In this document: piece by piece, positions 44,527 to 56,186 of the stretch
How positions within the stretch are numbered: the stretch's first letter is position 1
How the letters are laid out: every line of letters begins with the position of its first letter
DNA from: an uncultured Lachnospiraceae bacterium
GTDB lineage: Bacteria; Bacillota; Clostridia; Lachnospirales; Lachnospiraceae
Direction of reading: 5' to 3'
Assembly: GCA_945827805.1 (NCBI GenBank)
Contig: CALZOU010000001.1
Span: 881 to 64,880, forward strand
Length of the DNA: 64,000 bases
Notes under the pieces: generated by a model
What the model saw: the letters and a program-made list of their open reading frames with translations, nothing else
What the model was told of the DNA's origin: nothing
Databases searched by the model: none
Translations under genes and position numbers: made by a program

Positions 44527-45651
44527 TCACTCCTGAATCTCCTGCATTGCCTTTTCAAGCCTGGATTCCAGATCATCGATCTGTACGTCCTGCTGTGCCG
44601 GTCTGACCGGTTCACTGGTCTGTGTTTTTACAGACTGTCTCTCCGGTCTGGTCTGTGCTTTAACAGGCTGTCTCCCCGGCCTGGTCTGCGTTTTTACAGA
44701 TTGTCTCTCCGGTCTGACCGATGTCTGTATCTCCGGTTCCTCTTCCTCATCTTCGTCAAAATAGTCTCCGTCTATTTTCGGTACAGCTTTTACATAATAG
44801 TAATAATCGTCATCCTCAAACTGAAGACGCTGGGTCTTCGTGTACTCAAGGCCACTGCAGAAGAATACAAGCAGCTCGCCCAGAAGAACAGCTGCAAGGA
44901 TTCCCGGAAACATTTTGCCTGCTGTCATGGAAGTCTCCATAAAGAATCCTCCGGCCATGAGCAGAACAAGAAATGCCACCGCGCCGCACACCAGTGCGAT
45001 CTGCCATGAATAAGCTACCGACAGTCTCCTCAGGGCATAGACGATCAGGAACACACTGGCCATAATGATCAGCAAAAGTACCGTATCTGTCTTTCCCATG
45101 ACACTGTCCAGAAGCTGTGTGATCACCGTGGTAAACTCTTTGATCTCTACTCCGTGGATTGTTGCCGCGCACTGCGCCACTACCGAAATAATCGCATATA
45201 TCAGTGTTCCGCTGCAGATTGGCAGAAGCGCCACAGGCTCCAGAAGAAGGCCTCCGGCCACCGCCACCACCGGAGCAAGGCCAAAATGCATTGCCAACGG
45301 TGTAAGTATCAGAAGCAGGCTGTACTTATCTGAAAATCTCTGAAGAAAAATATACAGAAGAAGAAGCATCAGCACCACAAATACGCAGGCAAAAAGATGA
45401 ACACCGTAGCTTTGCAGGATCAGAAGCACCGCTGCCAGCATGATCATGACCATATTCGGCAGTACAGCGCTGAGCAGAGAAAGTGCCAGCAATATAAACA
45501 TATTATCCAGCATTGTCATATATCCGATTTCTTTATTGATCGTGGAAAACGCTAAAAACGCCACTACAAATTTCAGCAGGGGAACAAAGAGAAAATCGTA
45601 TTCCTCCGCCACATTGATGCATAGCCGTCTGAATTTCCATACCTGTTCCAT
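44527..45651 (-). CDS. Polytopic membrane protein of unknown function with an acidic linker and an 11-aa repeat tail
   Basis: About 8 TM helices, then DDDYYYY...DEDEEEEPE, then three TRPERQSVKTQ-like units. Confidence 0.5.
   Translation of the reverse strand: MEQVWKFRRLCINVAEEYDFLFVPLLKFVVAFLAFSTINKEIGYMTMLDNMFILLALSLLSAVLPNMVMIMLAAVLLILQSYGVHLFACVFVVLMLLLLYIFLQRFSDKYSLLLILTPLAMHFGLAPVVAVAGGLLLEPVALLPICSGTLIYAIISVVAQCAATIHGVEIKEFTTVITQLLDSVMGKTDTVLLLIIMASVFLIVYALRRLSVAYSWQIALVCGAVAFLVLLMAGGFFMETSMTAGKMFPGILAAVLLGELLVFFCSGLEYTKTQRLQFEDDDYYYYVKAVPKIDGDYFDEDEEEEPEIQTSVRPERQSVKTQTRPGRQPVKAQTRPERQSVKTQTSEPVRPAQQDVQIDDLESRLEKAMQEIQE
44617..44715. repeat. Three tandem 33-bp repeats inside the CDS
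   Basis: GGTCTGTGTTTTTACAGACTGTCTCTCCGGTCT / GGTCTGTGCTTTAACAGGCTGTCTCCCCGGCCT / GGTCTGCGTTTTTACAGATTGTCTCTCCGGTCT. Confidence 0.85.
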
Positions 45652-45660
45652 AATAACTCC

Positions 45661-46062
45661 TTATTTTCCGTCAACTTCATCCGGTTCGTATTTTTGCTGC
45701 ATTTTTTCCAGCTGATGATCCAGATACCGTTCCATTTTTTTTGCTTTGGCAAAACGCAGAGAACATACCGTATACGTAAGCACAGTATACACGGCCAAAA
45801 GTATCACATATCCCGCGATCCAGCCCACAGCCATCCCCGGAAGATTCCGGGTATAGATGGTGTCCAGAAGCTCAACACCGTTTCTGAGCAGATACAAAGC
45901 GATCAGCAGGACATAACCAATGGTCACCAGGAAAAAATTGCGGATCAGGTGCAGCCCGATATAATCGCTGCGATAGTATCTGGCAATTTTGAGATACTCT
46001 TGTGCTTCGCCGGATGTAAACTGTTCGATTCTCGCCATTCTGCGGATTTTTCCGGGATTCAT
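45661..46062 (-). CDS. Small two-TM membrane protein of unknown function
   Basis: Start at MNPGKIRR behind GGAGGAGG. Two TM helices and a charged C-terminus. Confidence 0.5.
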   Translation of the reverse strand: MNPGKIRRMARIEQFTSGEAQEYLKIARYYRSDYIGLHLIRNFFLVTIGYVLLIALYLLRNGVELLDTIYTRNLPGMAVGWIAGYVILLAVYTVLTYTVCSLRFAKAKKMERYLDHQLEKMQQKYEPDEVDGK

Positions 46063-46141
46063 GCTGCCTCCTCCGTTTCTTATAAAAACTCCATAATTAT
46101 AATTACTATAGCACAAAAGGCGCTGTGCGCAAAGAGGGAAT

Positions 46142-46846
46142 TTAGAAGTCGGTTCCCATACAGACTGTAACAAAATACACCTTTTGTACCCCCGCCTGTT
46201 TCAGTGCCCAGGCTGCTGCCTCCAGGGTGCTTCCCGTGGTATAGATATCGTCCACCAGAAGCACTCTTTCGGGAATATCTGTTTTTGCCGTAAAAAAAGT
46301 CCCCGCCTGGTTTCGTTTTCTGGCGAAACGGTGCAGTCTCTTTTGTTCTTTGCGACCGGAATGCCGATACAGAATGTCCTTCCGCACAGGAAGATCCAGT
46401 TTTTTCCCCAGCTCGTCTGCCAGAAGCTGCGCCTGATTATATCCCCGGATCCTCAGTTTTTTAGAAGACAGAGGTATCGGCACCAGGCATTTTGGCTTCC
46501 AGGACAAAAGAAGCGGCCTCACTGCGGCCGCCATACATGCCCCAAGAAAAGCGGCATTCTCCTTTTTTCCGTGATCTTTCAGATCCAGTACCGCCTGTCG
46601 AATGATGCTTCGGTAAGGAAATACGCCGATCCCGGCGGTAAATTCCCTCCGGATGCCCTCACACTCCGGACAATACTCCTGCCTTTCATCATGCAGTGGT
46701 TTCCCGCAGCACATGCAGCGGGGGTCTTTGATCCACTGCAGCTTTCCAAAGCACTCCCGGCATACACCTGTGGTTTTTGACAATAGTCTGCCGCATATCA
46801 TGCACACCGGCGGATACAGAAGATCCAATATCATTTTTCTTATCAT
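46142..46846 (-). CDS. comFC: ComF-family protein (ComFC, PRTase-like)
   Basis: N-terminal double CxxC zinc finger (C.ICG...C..C...C..CG...C.EC) and the C-terminal PRTase motif VLLVDDIYTTGST. Confidence 0.85.
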   Translation of the reverse strand: MIRKMILDLLYPPVCMICGRLLSKTTGVCRECFGKLQWIKDPRCMCCGKPLHDERQEYCPECEGIRREFTAGIGVFPYRSIIRQAVLDLKDHGKKENAAFLGACMAAAVRPLLLSWKPKCLVPIPLSSKKLRIRGYNQAQLLADELGKKLDLPVRKDILYRHSGRKEQKRLHRFARKRNQAGTFFTAKTDIPERVLLVDDIYTTGSTLEAAAWALKQAGVQKVYFVTVCMGTDF

Positions 46847-46885
46847 ACCAAACAGCCTTTCCCACTCTCTCTTCGGGCTGTTTTA

Positions 46886-49120
46886 TCAATTATTCCACTC
46901 TTTCAGCCGATCTTTCAGCGAAGTGAAACGGCTCTGCTCCATTTTGTTGGCGATCATCTGGGCAAATACTTCCTCACTGCCCACAATGGTCACACATTTT
47001 TTTGCCCTCGTCACTGCCGTGTACAGCAGATTCCGGTTCATGAGCATCTTCGGTCCCGCCAGCATGGGGATCAGTACGGCAGGATACTCACTTCCCTGGG
47101 ATTTATGGATCGTCACCGCATAGGCCAGTTCCAGCTCATCCAGAAGCTTGAAATCATACTCCACCATGCGCCGGTCATCGAATTCCACCGTCACCGTCTC
47201 CGCAAAGGTATTGATCTCCCGGATAAAGCCGATATCCCCGTTAAACACACCGGTACCTTTATCCACCGGAATGCCGTAGCGGTCCCGCACTTCCCATTCC
47301 AGCTGATAATTGTTTTTGATCTGCATGACCTTGTCACCCTGCCGGAAGATCCCCGATGGTGTCTCTTTTTCCGGTTTTTTTGCATCCCTGGGGTTTAACA
47401 CCGTCTGCAGGATCTCATTGAGACGCTCTACGCCGAGAAGTCCCTTTCTGGTGGGAGTAAGTACCTGAATATCCAGCATATCCGCACCCACATAAGAGGG
47501 CAGCTTTTTCGTCATCAGTGTCAGCATTACCCGGATGATCGTATCCGCGTCGTATCTTTTCAGGAAAAAGAAATCCCTGCTCTTATTATCCAGATCTACC
47601 GGAAGGCCGGCATTGATCCGGTGGGCATTAACCACAATATCGCTCATGGCAGCCTGCCTGAAGATGCGGTTCAGACGCACCACGCAGAACTGTTCCGAAT
47701 TGATCATATCCCCCAGCACACGCCCGGGACCCACACTGGGCAGCTGATTTACGTCCCCGGAAAGGATCAGCCGTGTTCCCGGCACCAGTGCCTGTAAAAG
47801 ACTGTGCATCAGAAAAATGTCCACCATGGACATTTCATCGATGATCACCACATCGTATTCCAGCGGGTTCATGGCATTTCTTTCAAAATGCACTCTTCCG
47901 GCCAGTGGCTGTCCTTTTTCATCCTCCATACCGCCGTTTAATTCCAGCAGGCGGTGAATAGTCTGGGCACTGCGCCCCGTTGTTTCTGTCATACGCTTGG
48001 CTGCCCGTCCCGTGGGAGCTGCCAGCGCGATCTTTAACTCCTGTTTTTCAAAATAGCGGATCATGGCATTGATGGTGGTAGTCTTACCTGTACCGGGACC
48101 GCCGGTCAGAATAAACAGGCCATGGGATGCCGCCTGCATCACCGCCTCTTTCTGAAGATCATCCAGAGCGATCTTTGTCTCCCGTTCAATGGCTTTCAGC
48201 GTCCTCTCCATGGAGGATTCTTTTTCCATATCGCAAAGATTCAGTTCCATCAGGAGTCTGGCCGTATCCAGCTCAATATGATAATACTGCTGCGCGTAAA
48301 TACGATCTCCCTGCTCCGGATCAGGCTTTAAGATCACCTTTCGTTCCATCATAAGATCCGTCAGGCTTTTTTCCAGCTGCTCCGGTAAAAGCCCCAGAAG
48401 CGCTGCCGTGCGCTCCATCAGGATCTGCCGTGGCAGATACATATGTCCCTGGGCCGAGGCCTGGGTCAGCATATAAAAAAGACCGCTTCGGATGCGGTAG
48501 TCCGAATCACTGTGTATACCGATCCGGCCCGCGATCTCGTCGGCCATTCTGAATCCTATCCCCTGTATATCATCCGCCAGACGATAAGGATTTTCCCGCA
48601 GGATCTCGCATACGGCACTGCCGTACTGCTTATACAGGCGCACACCCAGAGACATGGTGATCCCGTACTGCTGCAGCACCAGCATCACATTTCTCAGATC
48701 CGCCTTTTCCTGCATCTGCTGAGCGATCTCCCGGGCGATCCTTTCACTGATGCCCTTTACCTCCGTAAGCCGTTCCGGCTCTTCCTCAATGATCCGAAAA
48801 GTATCCTTGCCAAAGCGGCGCACGATGCGGGCAGCCAGAGCCTTTCCCACACCTTTGACGGCTCCGGAGCCGAGATACCGTTCTATAGCCATGGTATCCT
48901 CCGGCACCTTTTCCGAATAGGAGGAAATCTTCAGCTGGCGTCCATAGGCAGAATGATCCACAAACTCGCCCTGAACCTCCAGCATTTCCCCCTCGTGGAT
49001 CATCTGAAAGGTGCCGACGCAGGTCAGCTCTTCCCGGTCACAGTTTAATTCCATGACCGTATATCCATTATCCTCATTGCGATATATGATATGTTCTACA
49101 TATCCTTCCCGTGTTTCCAA
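46886..49120 (-). CDS. recD2: RecD2-type SF1 5'-3' DNA helicase
   Basis: 744 aa. N-terminal OB/HhH modules, then GGPGTGKTT, VIIDEMSMVD, GD.NQLPSVGPG and TIHKSQGSE motifs. Confidence 0.9.
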   Translation of the reverse strand: METREGYVEHIIYRNEDNGYTVMELNCDREELTCVGTFQMIHEGEMLEVQGEFVDHSAYGRQLKISSYSEKVPEDTMAIERYLGSGAVKGVGKALAARIVRRFGKDTFRIIEEEPERLTEVKGISERIAREIAQQMQEKADLRNVMLVLQQYGITMSLGVRLYKQYGSAVCEILRENPYRLADDIQGIGFRMADEIAGRIGIHSDSDYRIRSGLFYMLTQASAQGHMYLPRQILMERTAALLGLLPEQLEKSLTDLMMERKVILKPDPEQGDRIYAQQYYHIELDTARLLMELNLCDMEKESSMERTLKAIERETKIALDDLQKEAVMQAASHGLFILTGGPGTGKTTTINAMIRYFEKQELKIALAAPTGRAAKRMTETTGRSAQTIHRLLELNGGMEDEKGQPLAGRVHFERNAMNPLEYDVVIIDEMSMVDIFLMHSLLQALVPGTRLILSGDVNQLPSVGPGRVLGDMINSEQFCVVRLNRIFRQAAMSDIVVNAHRINAGLPVDLDNKSRDFFFLKRYDADTIIRVMLTLMTKKLPSYVGADMLDIQVLTPTRKGLLGVERLNEILQTVLNPRDAKKPEKETPSGIFRQGDKVMQIKNNYQLEWEVRDRYGIPVDKGTGVFNGDIGFIREINTFAETVTVEFDDRRMVEYDFKLLDELELAYAVTIHKSQGSEYPAVLIPMLAGPKMLMNRNLLYTAVTRAKKCVTIVGSEEVFAQMIANKMEQSRFTSLKDRLKEWNN

Positions 49121-49148
49121 TATGTTACTTCACTTTCTGTCTGTATGT

Positions 49149-50132
49149 TTACGAAAAAGCCGCCATAACCTCAGCATAAAGGCCTGTACCTACAGCCACA
49201 CAGCAGGCAGGATTTTCTGCCGTCATGGTCTGGATACCGGTTCTCTGCTCAATAATATCCTCCAGGCCGTTTAACAGGCTGCCGCCGCCGGTCAGGACAA
49301 TGCCTCTCTCCGCGATATCCGATGCCAGTTCCGGAGGTGTCTTTTCGAGAATGCCATGTACCGTCTCTACGATCGTATTCACTGCGTCCTGCAGTGCCTC
49401 TCTGATCTCTTCCGAAGTGAGGGTAACACTTTTTGGCAGACCGGTAATGACGTTTCTGCCTTTAATATTCATCGTAACCGTCTGCGGCTTCGGAAAGGCA
49501 CTGCCGATCTGAATTTTGACAGCCTCTGCCGTCTGTTCGCCGATGAACAGATTGTGCTGTTTTCTCACGTAATGAACAATGGCCTCATCAAACGTATTGC
49601 CAGCCACGCGAACAGAGGCGGAAAGCACTTCTCCCCCCAGAGAGATCACGGCCACATTCGTGGTGCCGCCGCCTACGTCCACTATCATATTACCGAAAGG
49701 ACGGGTAATATCTATTCCTGCGCCGATGGCTGCCGCTACCGGTTCCTCGATGATGCTGACTTCCCTTGCCCCGGCCTGATACGTTGCTTCTTCTACCGCC
49801 CGTCTCTCTACCTGCGTTACCCCGCTGGGTACACAGATGCTGATCCGCGGTTTGCGGAAGGATTTACGGCCCATGGCTTTCTGAATAAAATATTTCAGCA
49901 TTTTTTCGGTGATCATATAGTCAGAGATCACGCCCTGACGAATGGGACGGATGGCGGTAATATTTCCCGGTGTCCGGCCGATCATCTGCCGCGCTTCTTC
50001 TCCGTACGCACGAATCCTGTCCGCATCCTTATCATAGGCCACCACGGAGGGCTCCTTTAATACGATACCTTTGCCTTTTGTATATACAAGGATACTCGAC
50101 GTACCCAGGTCAATTCCCAAATCTGCAGACAT
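49149..50132 (-). CDS. mreB: MreB/Mbl-family actin-like protein
   Basis: GIDLGT, P...G.I.D, DVGGGTT and GI.LTGGG motifs. Confidence 0.9.
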   Translation of the reverse strand: MSADLGIDLGTSSILVYTKGKGIVLKEPSVVAYDKDADRIRAYGEEARQMIGRTPGNITAIRPIRQGVISDYMITEKMLKYFIQKAMGRKSFRKPRISICVPSGVTQVERRAVEEATYQAGAREVSIIEEPVAAAIGAGIDITRPFGNMIVDVGGGTTNVAVISLGGEVLSASVRVAGNTFDEAIVHYVRKQHNLFIGEQTAEAVKIQIGSAFPKPQTVTMNIKGRNVITGLPKSVTLTSEEIREALQDAVNTIVETVHGILEKTPPELASDIAERGIVLTGGGSLLNGLEDIIEQRTGIQTMTAENPACCVAVGTGLYAEVMAAFS

Positions 50133-50199
50133 ATCATTCCTCTTTTCTTATCTTATGGTGCCTATTATAAACCAGCCTCCGGAAAATGGAAAGCTGTTG

Positions 50200-53040
50200 T
50201 CACAGATATTTTGCGACATAATGTCCGGTATAGGAAGCTTCACAGGCCGCTACCTCTTCCGGTGTACCGGCCACTACCATGGTGCCGCCCCGGTCACCGC
50301 CTTCCGGACCCATATCGATAATATAATCCGCTGTCTTTATCACATCCAGATTATGTTCGATAACGATCACAGTATTGCCGCCCTCCGCCAGACGCTGCAG
50401 GATCTCCACCAGCTTGTGTACATCCGCAAAATGCAGACCTGTGGTAGGCTCATCCAGAATATACACCGTCTTTCCGGTGCTTCGCTTACTCAGCTCCGCT
50501 GCCAGCTTAATCCTCTGTGCCTCACCGCCGGACAGTGTGGTGGACGGCTGCCCCAGACGGATATAGGACAGGCCAACATCATATAACGTCTGGATCTTTC
50601 TGTGAATGGAGGGGATGGGACGGAAAAATTCCAGTGCTTCCTCCACCGTCATATTTAATACTTCATAGATATTTTTGCCTTTGTAGCGCACTTCCAGAGT
50701 CTCCCGGTTGTAACGCTGGCCATGACACACTTCACAGGGCACATAGACATCCGGCAGAAAATGCATCTCTATCTTAATGATACCGTCGCCGGAGCAGGCT
50801 TCACAGCGGCCGCCCTTGACATTAAAGCTGAAACGGCCCTTTTTGTAGCCTCTGGCTTTTGCGTCTGCCGTGGATGCAAACAGATCACGGATCTGGTCAA
50901 ATACGCCGGTATACGTGGCCGGGTTGGAACGGGGTGTTCTGCCAATAGGTGACTGGTCGATATCGATGACTTTATCAAGCTCATCGATACCTTCCACTGC
51001 ACGGCATTTTCCCGGAATGGTTCTGGCTCTGTTCAGCTTTTTGGCCAGGGTTTTGTACAGGATCTCGTTGACCAGAGAAGATTTTCCCGAGCCGGAAACA
51101 CCGGTCACGCAGGTAAATACGCCGGTAGGAAACTTCACCGTAATATCCTTCAGATTATTTTCCCGGGCTCCCCGGACAGTGATCCATCCGGTGGGTGTTC
51201 TTCTTATCTTCGGCACGGGGATTTTCTTCCGGCCTGCCAGGTAAGCGCCCGTTATGCTGTTTTCATTTTTCATCAGATCCTCAGCTGTTCCCAGCGCTAC
51301 GATCTCTCCGCCGTGTTCTCCGGCGCCGGGGCCTACATCCACCACAAAATCCGCGGCACGGATGGTATCCTCGTCATGCTCTACCACGATCAGGGAGTTC
51401 CCCAGATCCCGCAGACGACAAAGTGTATTGAGCAGCTTGTCATTATCCCGCTGGTGCAGGCCGATACTGGGTTCATCCAGAATATATGCCACACCCACAA
51501 GGCCGGAACCGATCTGGGTGGCCAGGCGGATACGCTGAGCCTCACCGCCGGACAGAGTACCTGTGGCACGTCCAAGGCTTAAATACTCCAGGCCCACATC
51601 CCGCAAAAAGCCTACTCGGGCACGGATCTCTTTGAGGATCTGCTCACCGATCAGCTGCTGCTGTGCTGTCAGTTTTAAATCCGAAAGCCAATCCACCAGA
51701 TCCTCCACCGACAGGCAGGTCACTTCATATATATTATTATCATCTATGGTCACTGCCAGAGACTCTGCTTTTAAACGCTGACCCTTACAGGCTTTACAGG
51801 GTGTAATGCGCATAAAGGATTCATATTCTGCCCGGGTAGTCTCTGATCCCGTTTCCCGGTAGCGGCGCTCCACATTTTTGATCAGTCCCTCAAAAGCTAC
51901 CGGATATATACCGCTGCCCCGCTGACCGCTGTACTCTACTTTTACCTCACGGCCATCGGTGCCGTAAAGCAGCATATGGCGGATATCCTCGGGATATTCC
52001 TGAAACGGAGTATCCAGCGAAAAACCGTATTCTGCCGCCAGTGCTTTCAAAATAGCACGGGTAAAGCTGCCCTCATCGGTGCAGGACTGCCAGCCCATCA
52101 CGGCAATGGCACCCTCGTCAATGCTCAGTGAAGGATCCGGGATCATCAGCTCCGGATCAAATTCCATCTTATATCCCAGTCCGTAACAGGTGGGACAGGC
52201 ACCAAAGGGGTTATTAAAGGAAAAGCTGCGCGGCTCGATCTCATCGATACTGATGCCGCAGTCCGGGCAGGAAAAGCTCTGGCTGAAGTTCATATAAGTG
52301 CCGTCCATGCGGTCCACCACCAGAAGCCCGTCCGTCAGCTGCAGCACATTCTCAATGGAATCCGTCAGACGTTTCTCAATGCCTTCTCTGACCACCAGAC
52401 GGTCTACAATAATGGCGATGGTATGCTTGATGTTCTTATCCAGCGTGATCTGCTCGGAAAGCTCGTACATATTATCATCGATAAGCACGCGGACGTAACC
52501 GCTTCGCTTTGCCTGCTCCAGTACCTTTTCATGACGTCCCTTTTTACCGCGTACCACAGGAGCCAGAAGCTGGATACGGGTTTTTTCCGGCAGTTCCATG
52601 ATCTGATCCACCATCTGATCCACAGTCTGCTTTGCGATCTCTTTTCCACACTTCGGACAGTGAGGGATACCGATCCTGGCATACAGAAGGCGGAAATAAT
52701 CGTAGATCTCTGTCACAGTTCCCACCGTGGAGCGGGGATTTCTGTTGGTGGATTTCTGATCAATGGAAATGGCCGGCGGAAGTCCTTCTATACTCTCCAC
52801 CTGCGGTTTTTCCATCTGTCCGAGGAACTGTCTGGCGTAGGAGGATAAGCTCTCCATGTAGCGTCTCTGCCCCTCTGCGTAGATCGTGTCAAATGCCAGG
52901 GAACTTTTGCCGGAACCGCTTAAGCCCGTCAGCACCACCAGTTTATTTCTCGGTATATCTACATCCAGATTTTTGAGGTTGTTTTCTCTGGCCCCACGGA
53001 TCCGGATAAACTCTTTTTTCTGCTGCTTGTTGTCTGTCAT
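50200..53040 (-). CDS. uvrA: Excinuclease ABC subunit A
   Basis: Two ABC modules ([30 protein letters not shown] twice) and zinc modules. Start at MTDNKQQ behind GGAGGAG. Confidence 0.97.
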   Translation of the reverse strand: MTDNKQQKKEFIRIRGARENNLKNLDVDIPRNKLVVLTGLSGSGKSSLAFDTIYAEGQRRYMESLSSYARQFLGQMEKPQVESIEGLPPAISIDQKSTNRNPRSTVGTVTEIYDYFRLLYARIGIPHCPKCGKEIAKQTVDQMVDQIMELPEKTRIQLLAPVVRGKKGRHEKVLEQAKRSGYVRVLIDDNMYELSEQITLDKNIKHTIAIIVDRLVVREGIEKRLTDSIENVLQLTDGLLVVDRMDGTYMNFSQSFSCPDCGISIDEIEPRSFSFNNPFGACPTCYGLGYKMEFDPELMIPDPSLSIDEGAIAVMGWQSCTDEGSFTRAILKALAAEYGFSLDTPFQEYPEDIRHMLLYGTDGREVKVEYSGQRGSGIYPVAFEGLIKNVERRYRETGSETTRAEYESFMRITPCKACKGQRLKAESLAVTIDDNNIYEVTCLSVEDLVDWLSDLKLTAQQQLIGEQILKEIRARVGFLRDVGLEYLSLGRATGTLSGGEAQRIRLATQIGSGLVGVAYILDEPSIGLHQRDNDKLLNTLCRLRDLGNSLIVVEHDEDTIRAADFVVDVGPGAGEHGGEIVALGTAEDLMKNENSITGAYLAGRKKIPVPKIRRTPTGWITVRGARENNLKDITVKFPTGVFTCVTGVSGSGKSSLVNEILYKTLAKKLNRARTIPGKCRAVEGIDELDKVIDIDQSPIGRTPRSNPATYTGVFDQIRDLFASTADAKARGYKKGRFSFNVKGGRCEACSGDGIIKIEMHFLPDVYVPCEVCHGQRYNRETLEVRYKGKNIYEVLNMTVEEALEFFRPIPSIHRKIQTLYDVGLSYIRLGQPSTTLSGGEAQRIKLAAELSKRSTGKTVYILDEPTTGLHFADVHKLVEILQRLAEGGNTVIVIEHNLDVIKTADYIIDMGPEGGDRGGTMVVAGTPEEVAACEASYTGHYVAKYL

Positions 53041-53144
53041 ATTCTCCTCCGGGCGGCCTGTGACCGCTGTATACAAAACGGTCCGCCAGCCTTTTCTCTG
53101 CACTCGCCGGAATCCCGCTTTTCTGTCATCCGACACTTTTTATG

Positions 53145-54266
53145 TCAAAGCAGGAACTCTGCCATCACGGTATTGGCCAGATCCATGCCTTTCTCTGTCA
53201 AGCATACCCGATTTTCACGAATTGTCAACAGTTTTTCCCGAACAAAGTGTTCGATTGTTTTTCCGTACACTGACATCATGGACACGCCGAATTTTTCCTG
53301 AAATTCTGCAAATCCCACTCCCTTTGTCATCCGAAGTCCGAGAAACATACACTCCTCCATCCTGTTTTTCAGGGTCAGTATCTCCTCTTCTTCCCGCCGG
53401 AAAACACCGGCTTTTGCCTGACACAGATAGTCTTTCATATCTGAGGTGTTTTTAAACCGGATCTCATCCATATAGGAGGAAGCCCCAAGGCCCAGGCCCA
53501 GATACGGGGTCTGATCCCAGTAACCGATATTGTGGCGGCAGGCATAGCCCGGACGGGCATAATTGGAAATTTCGTACTGTTCATAACCGTTTTTGCGAAG
53601 GATCTCTCTGGTTCTCTCGTACATACGTCTCTCCGTATCCTCATCCGGCAGCTGCAGTATATCCTCCTGTTCATAATAAGGTGTCCCCTCTTCAATGATC
53701 AGGCTGTAGGCGGAAATATGCTCCGGAGCAAAGTCAAGGATCCGATTCAGGCAATCTTCCCAGGAGGAAAGATCCTGTCCCGGCAAAGCCGCCATCAGAT
53801 CTACATTAATGTTGGTGAATCCCGCTTTTCTTGCAAGAGAAAAACTCTCGCAAAAATCTGCAAATCTGTGGATCCGCCCCAGTTTTTCCAGTTCCTCATC
53901 GTGCACCGACTGACAGCCGATACTGAGCCGGTTGATCCCGGCCCTTCTGTACCCTCCCAGATTTTCTTCTGTCAGTGTCCCCGGATTGGCCTCCATGGTG
54001 ATCTCTGCATCTTCTGCAAAAACAAACTGCTGCCGCAGAGTCCCAAACAGCCTTTCCATCTCGTCTCCGGTAAGAAGAGACGGTGTTCCGCCTCCCACAA
54101 AGACGCTGGTCACAAGGCCATCTTCACGGCCCCTGCCGCAGCAGAGTATTTCCTGATGCAGTGCCTCAAGATAGTCTGTCTTTTCCCCGGCCATGCAGGG
54201 AAAAGACAGGAAATCGCAGTACAGGCACTTTCTGACACAGAAGGGAATGTGTATATATAGTTCCAT
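53145..54266 (-). CDS. hemW: HemW-type radical SAM heme chaperone (HemN-like)
   Basis: LYIHIPFC...C.YCDF cluster motif and the GGGTPS box. Follows lepA, as in Bacillus. Confidence 0.88.
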   Translation of the reverse strand: MELYIHIPFCVRKCLYCDFLSFPCMAGEKTDYLEALHQEILCCGRGREDGLVTSVFVGGGTPSLLTGDEMERLFGTLRQQFVFAEDAEITMEANPGTLTEENLGGYRRAGINRLSIGCQSVHDEELEKLGRIHRFADFCESFSLARKAGFTNINVDLMAALPGQDLSSWEDCLNRILDFAPEHISAYSLIIEEGTPYYEQEDILQLPDEDTERRMYERTREILRKNGYEQYEISNYARPGYACRHNIGYWDQTPYLGLGLGASSYMDEIRFKNTSDMKDYLCQAKAGVFRREEEEILTLKNRMEECMFLGLRMTKGVGFAEFQEKFGVSMMSVYGKTIEHFVREKLLTIRENRVCLTEKGMDLANTVMAEFLL

Positions 54267-54279
54267 CCTCTTTGTCCTT

Positions 54280-56094
54280 TTATTCTTCATCCAGTTTCAA
54301 TACGCTCATAAAGGCTTTCTGCGGAACCTCCACATTACCGATCTGGCGCATACGTTTCTTGCCTTCCTTCTGTTTCTCCAGAAGCTTTCTCTTACGGGAG
54401 ATATCACCGCCGTAACACTTGGCCAGTACATCCTTGCGCACGGCTTTGACCGTTTCACGGGCAATAACTTTGCCGCCCACAGCAGCCTGGATCGGCACCT
54501 CAAACATGTGGCGGGGAATCTCTCCTTTGAGCTTCTCGCACATTTTTCTGCCTCTTTCATAGGCAGAATCCGCAAAGACAATGAAGGACAGTGCATCCAC
54601 CATCTCACGATTGATCAGGATATCCAGCTTGACCAGATTACTCCGCTGATATCCTAAAAGCTCGTAGTCAAAGGATGCATATCCTCTGGATCTTGATTTT
54701 AACGCATCAAAGAAATCATAAATGATCTCATTGAGGGGCAGGTGATAAGTGAGGAGTGCACGGGTGGTTTCCATATATTCCATACCCTGATATTCCCCCC
54801 GGCGTTCCTGACAAAGATCCATGATTGGACCGATATAATCGGTAGTTACCATGATCTCCGCTTTTACCATGGGTTCTTCCATGTAATCGATCTCTGTGGG
54901 ATCCGGCAGATTGGACGGGTTCGTCAGCTCGATCACCTCGCCGTTTGTCTTGTGTACACGGTAGATAACGCCCGGTGCCGTGGTTACCAGATCAAGATTA
55001 TATTCTCTCTCCAGACGCTCCTGGATGATCTCCAGATGCAATAGGCCAAGGAAACCGCAGCGGAAGCCAAAGCCAAGGGCCAGAGATGTCTCCGGTTCAA
55101 AATACAGAGAAGCATCATTTAACTGCAGCTTTTCCAGCGCGTCTCTGAGATCCGGATATTTGGCGCTGTCAGCCGGATACATACCGCAGTACACCATGGG
55201 ATTGACCTTTTTGTAGCCGGGAAGCGGCTCGTCGCAGGGATTTTCACGGTCCGTGACGGTATCACCCACACGGGTCTCCTGTACGTTTTTGATACTTCCG
55301 GTGATATAGCCTACCATGCCGGCAGAAAGCTCATCACAGGGGATAAACTGACCGGGACCGAAATACCCGACTTCCACTACGTCTGCCGTGGCTCCGGTGG
55401 CCATCATACGGATCTTTGTTCCCTTCTTTACGGTACCTTCCTTGATCCGGCAGAAAATAATGACACCTTTGTAAGGATCATACAGGGAATCGAAGATCAG
55501 CGCCTGTAAGGGTGCTTCAGGATCACCGGTGGGCGCCGGGATCTTCTCCACGATCTGCTCCAGTACCTGATCGATATTGATCCCCTGCTTGGCTGAGATC
55601 CGGGGCGCATCCTGGGCTTCGATACCGATCACATCCTCGATCTCCTCCACCACACGCTCCGGTTCCGCGCTGGGCAGGTCAATCTTGTTAATGACAGGAA
55701 ATACATCCAGATCGTGGTCCAGCGCCAGATAAACGTTGGCCAATGTCTGCGCCTCGATTCCCTGGGCCGCATCCACTACCAGAACGGCACCGTCACAGGC
55801 AGCAAGGCTTCGGGATACTTCGTAATTAAAGTCCACATGGCCGGGGGTATCGATCAGATTAAAGATGTACTCCTGACCATCCTGCGCTTTATAAATGGTT
55901 CGCACGGTCTGAGCCTTGATGGTGATACCGCGCTCTCTCTCCAGATCCATATTGTCCAGGACCTGCGCCTGCATCTCTCTCTCGGTCAGAAGACCTGTCT
56001 TCTCTATAATACGATCAGCCAGGGTAGATTTACCGTGGTCGATGTGGGCGATAATACAAAAATTTCTGATGTTCTTCTGTTGAATATCTGCCAA
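54280..56094 (-). CDS. lepA: Translation elongation factor 4 (LepA)
   Basis: [27 protein letters not shown] and the LepA C-terminal domain. Start chosen at TTG 56094, 8 nt after AGGAGG. An upstream in-frame ATG at 56121 has no RBS. Confidence 0.93.
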   Translation of the reverse strand: MADIQQKNIRNFCIIAHIDHGKSTLADRIIEKTGLLTEREMQAQVLDNMDLERERGITIKAQTVRTIYKAQDGQEYIFNLIDTPGHVDFNYEVSRSLAACDGAVLVVDAAQGIEAQTLANVYLALDHDLDVFPVINKIDLPSAEPERVVEEIEDVIGIEAQDAPRISAKQGINIDQVLEQIVEKIPAPTGDPEAPLQALIFDSLYDPYKGVIIFCRIKEGTVKKGTKIRMMATGATADVVEVGYFGPGQFIPCDELSAGMVGYITGSIKNVQETRVGDTVTDRENPCDEPLPGYKKVNPMVYCGMYPADSAKYPDLRDALEKLQLNDASLYFEPETSLALGFGFRCGFLGLLHLEIIQERLEREYNLDLVTTAPGVIYRVHKTNGEVIELTNPSNLPDPTEIDYMEEPMVKAEIMVTTDYIGPIMDLCQERRGEYQGMEYMETTRALLTYHLPLNEIIYDFFDALKSRSRGYASFDYELLGYQRSNLVKLDILINREMVDALSFIVFADSAYERGRKMCEKLKGEIPRHMFEVPIQAAVGGKVIARETVKAVRKDVLAKCYGGDISRKRKLLEKQKEGKKRMRQIGNVEVPQKAFMSVLKLDEE

Positions 56095-56122
56095 AGGTGT
56101 AACCTCCTGTTCATCTTTCATC

Positions 56123-56147
56123 GTATCTGTCCGTTTTTCACAGATGC
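56123..56147 (-). repeat. Leader palindrome family, copy f (1 nt shorter)
   Basis: Sense strand GCATCTGTGAAAAACGGACAGATAC, in the lepA leader downstream of the predicted promoter. Confidence 0.7.
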
Positions 56148-56186
56148 GCTGCTGTCTTTTCTCTTTTTTTACACGTACTCCGTTAT

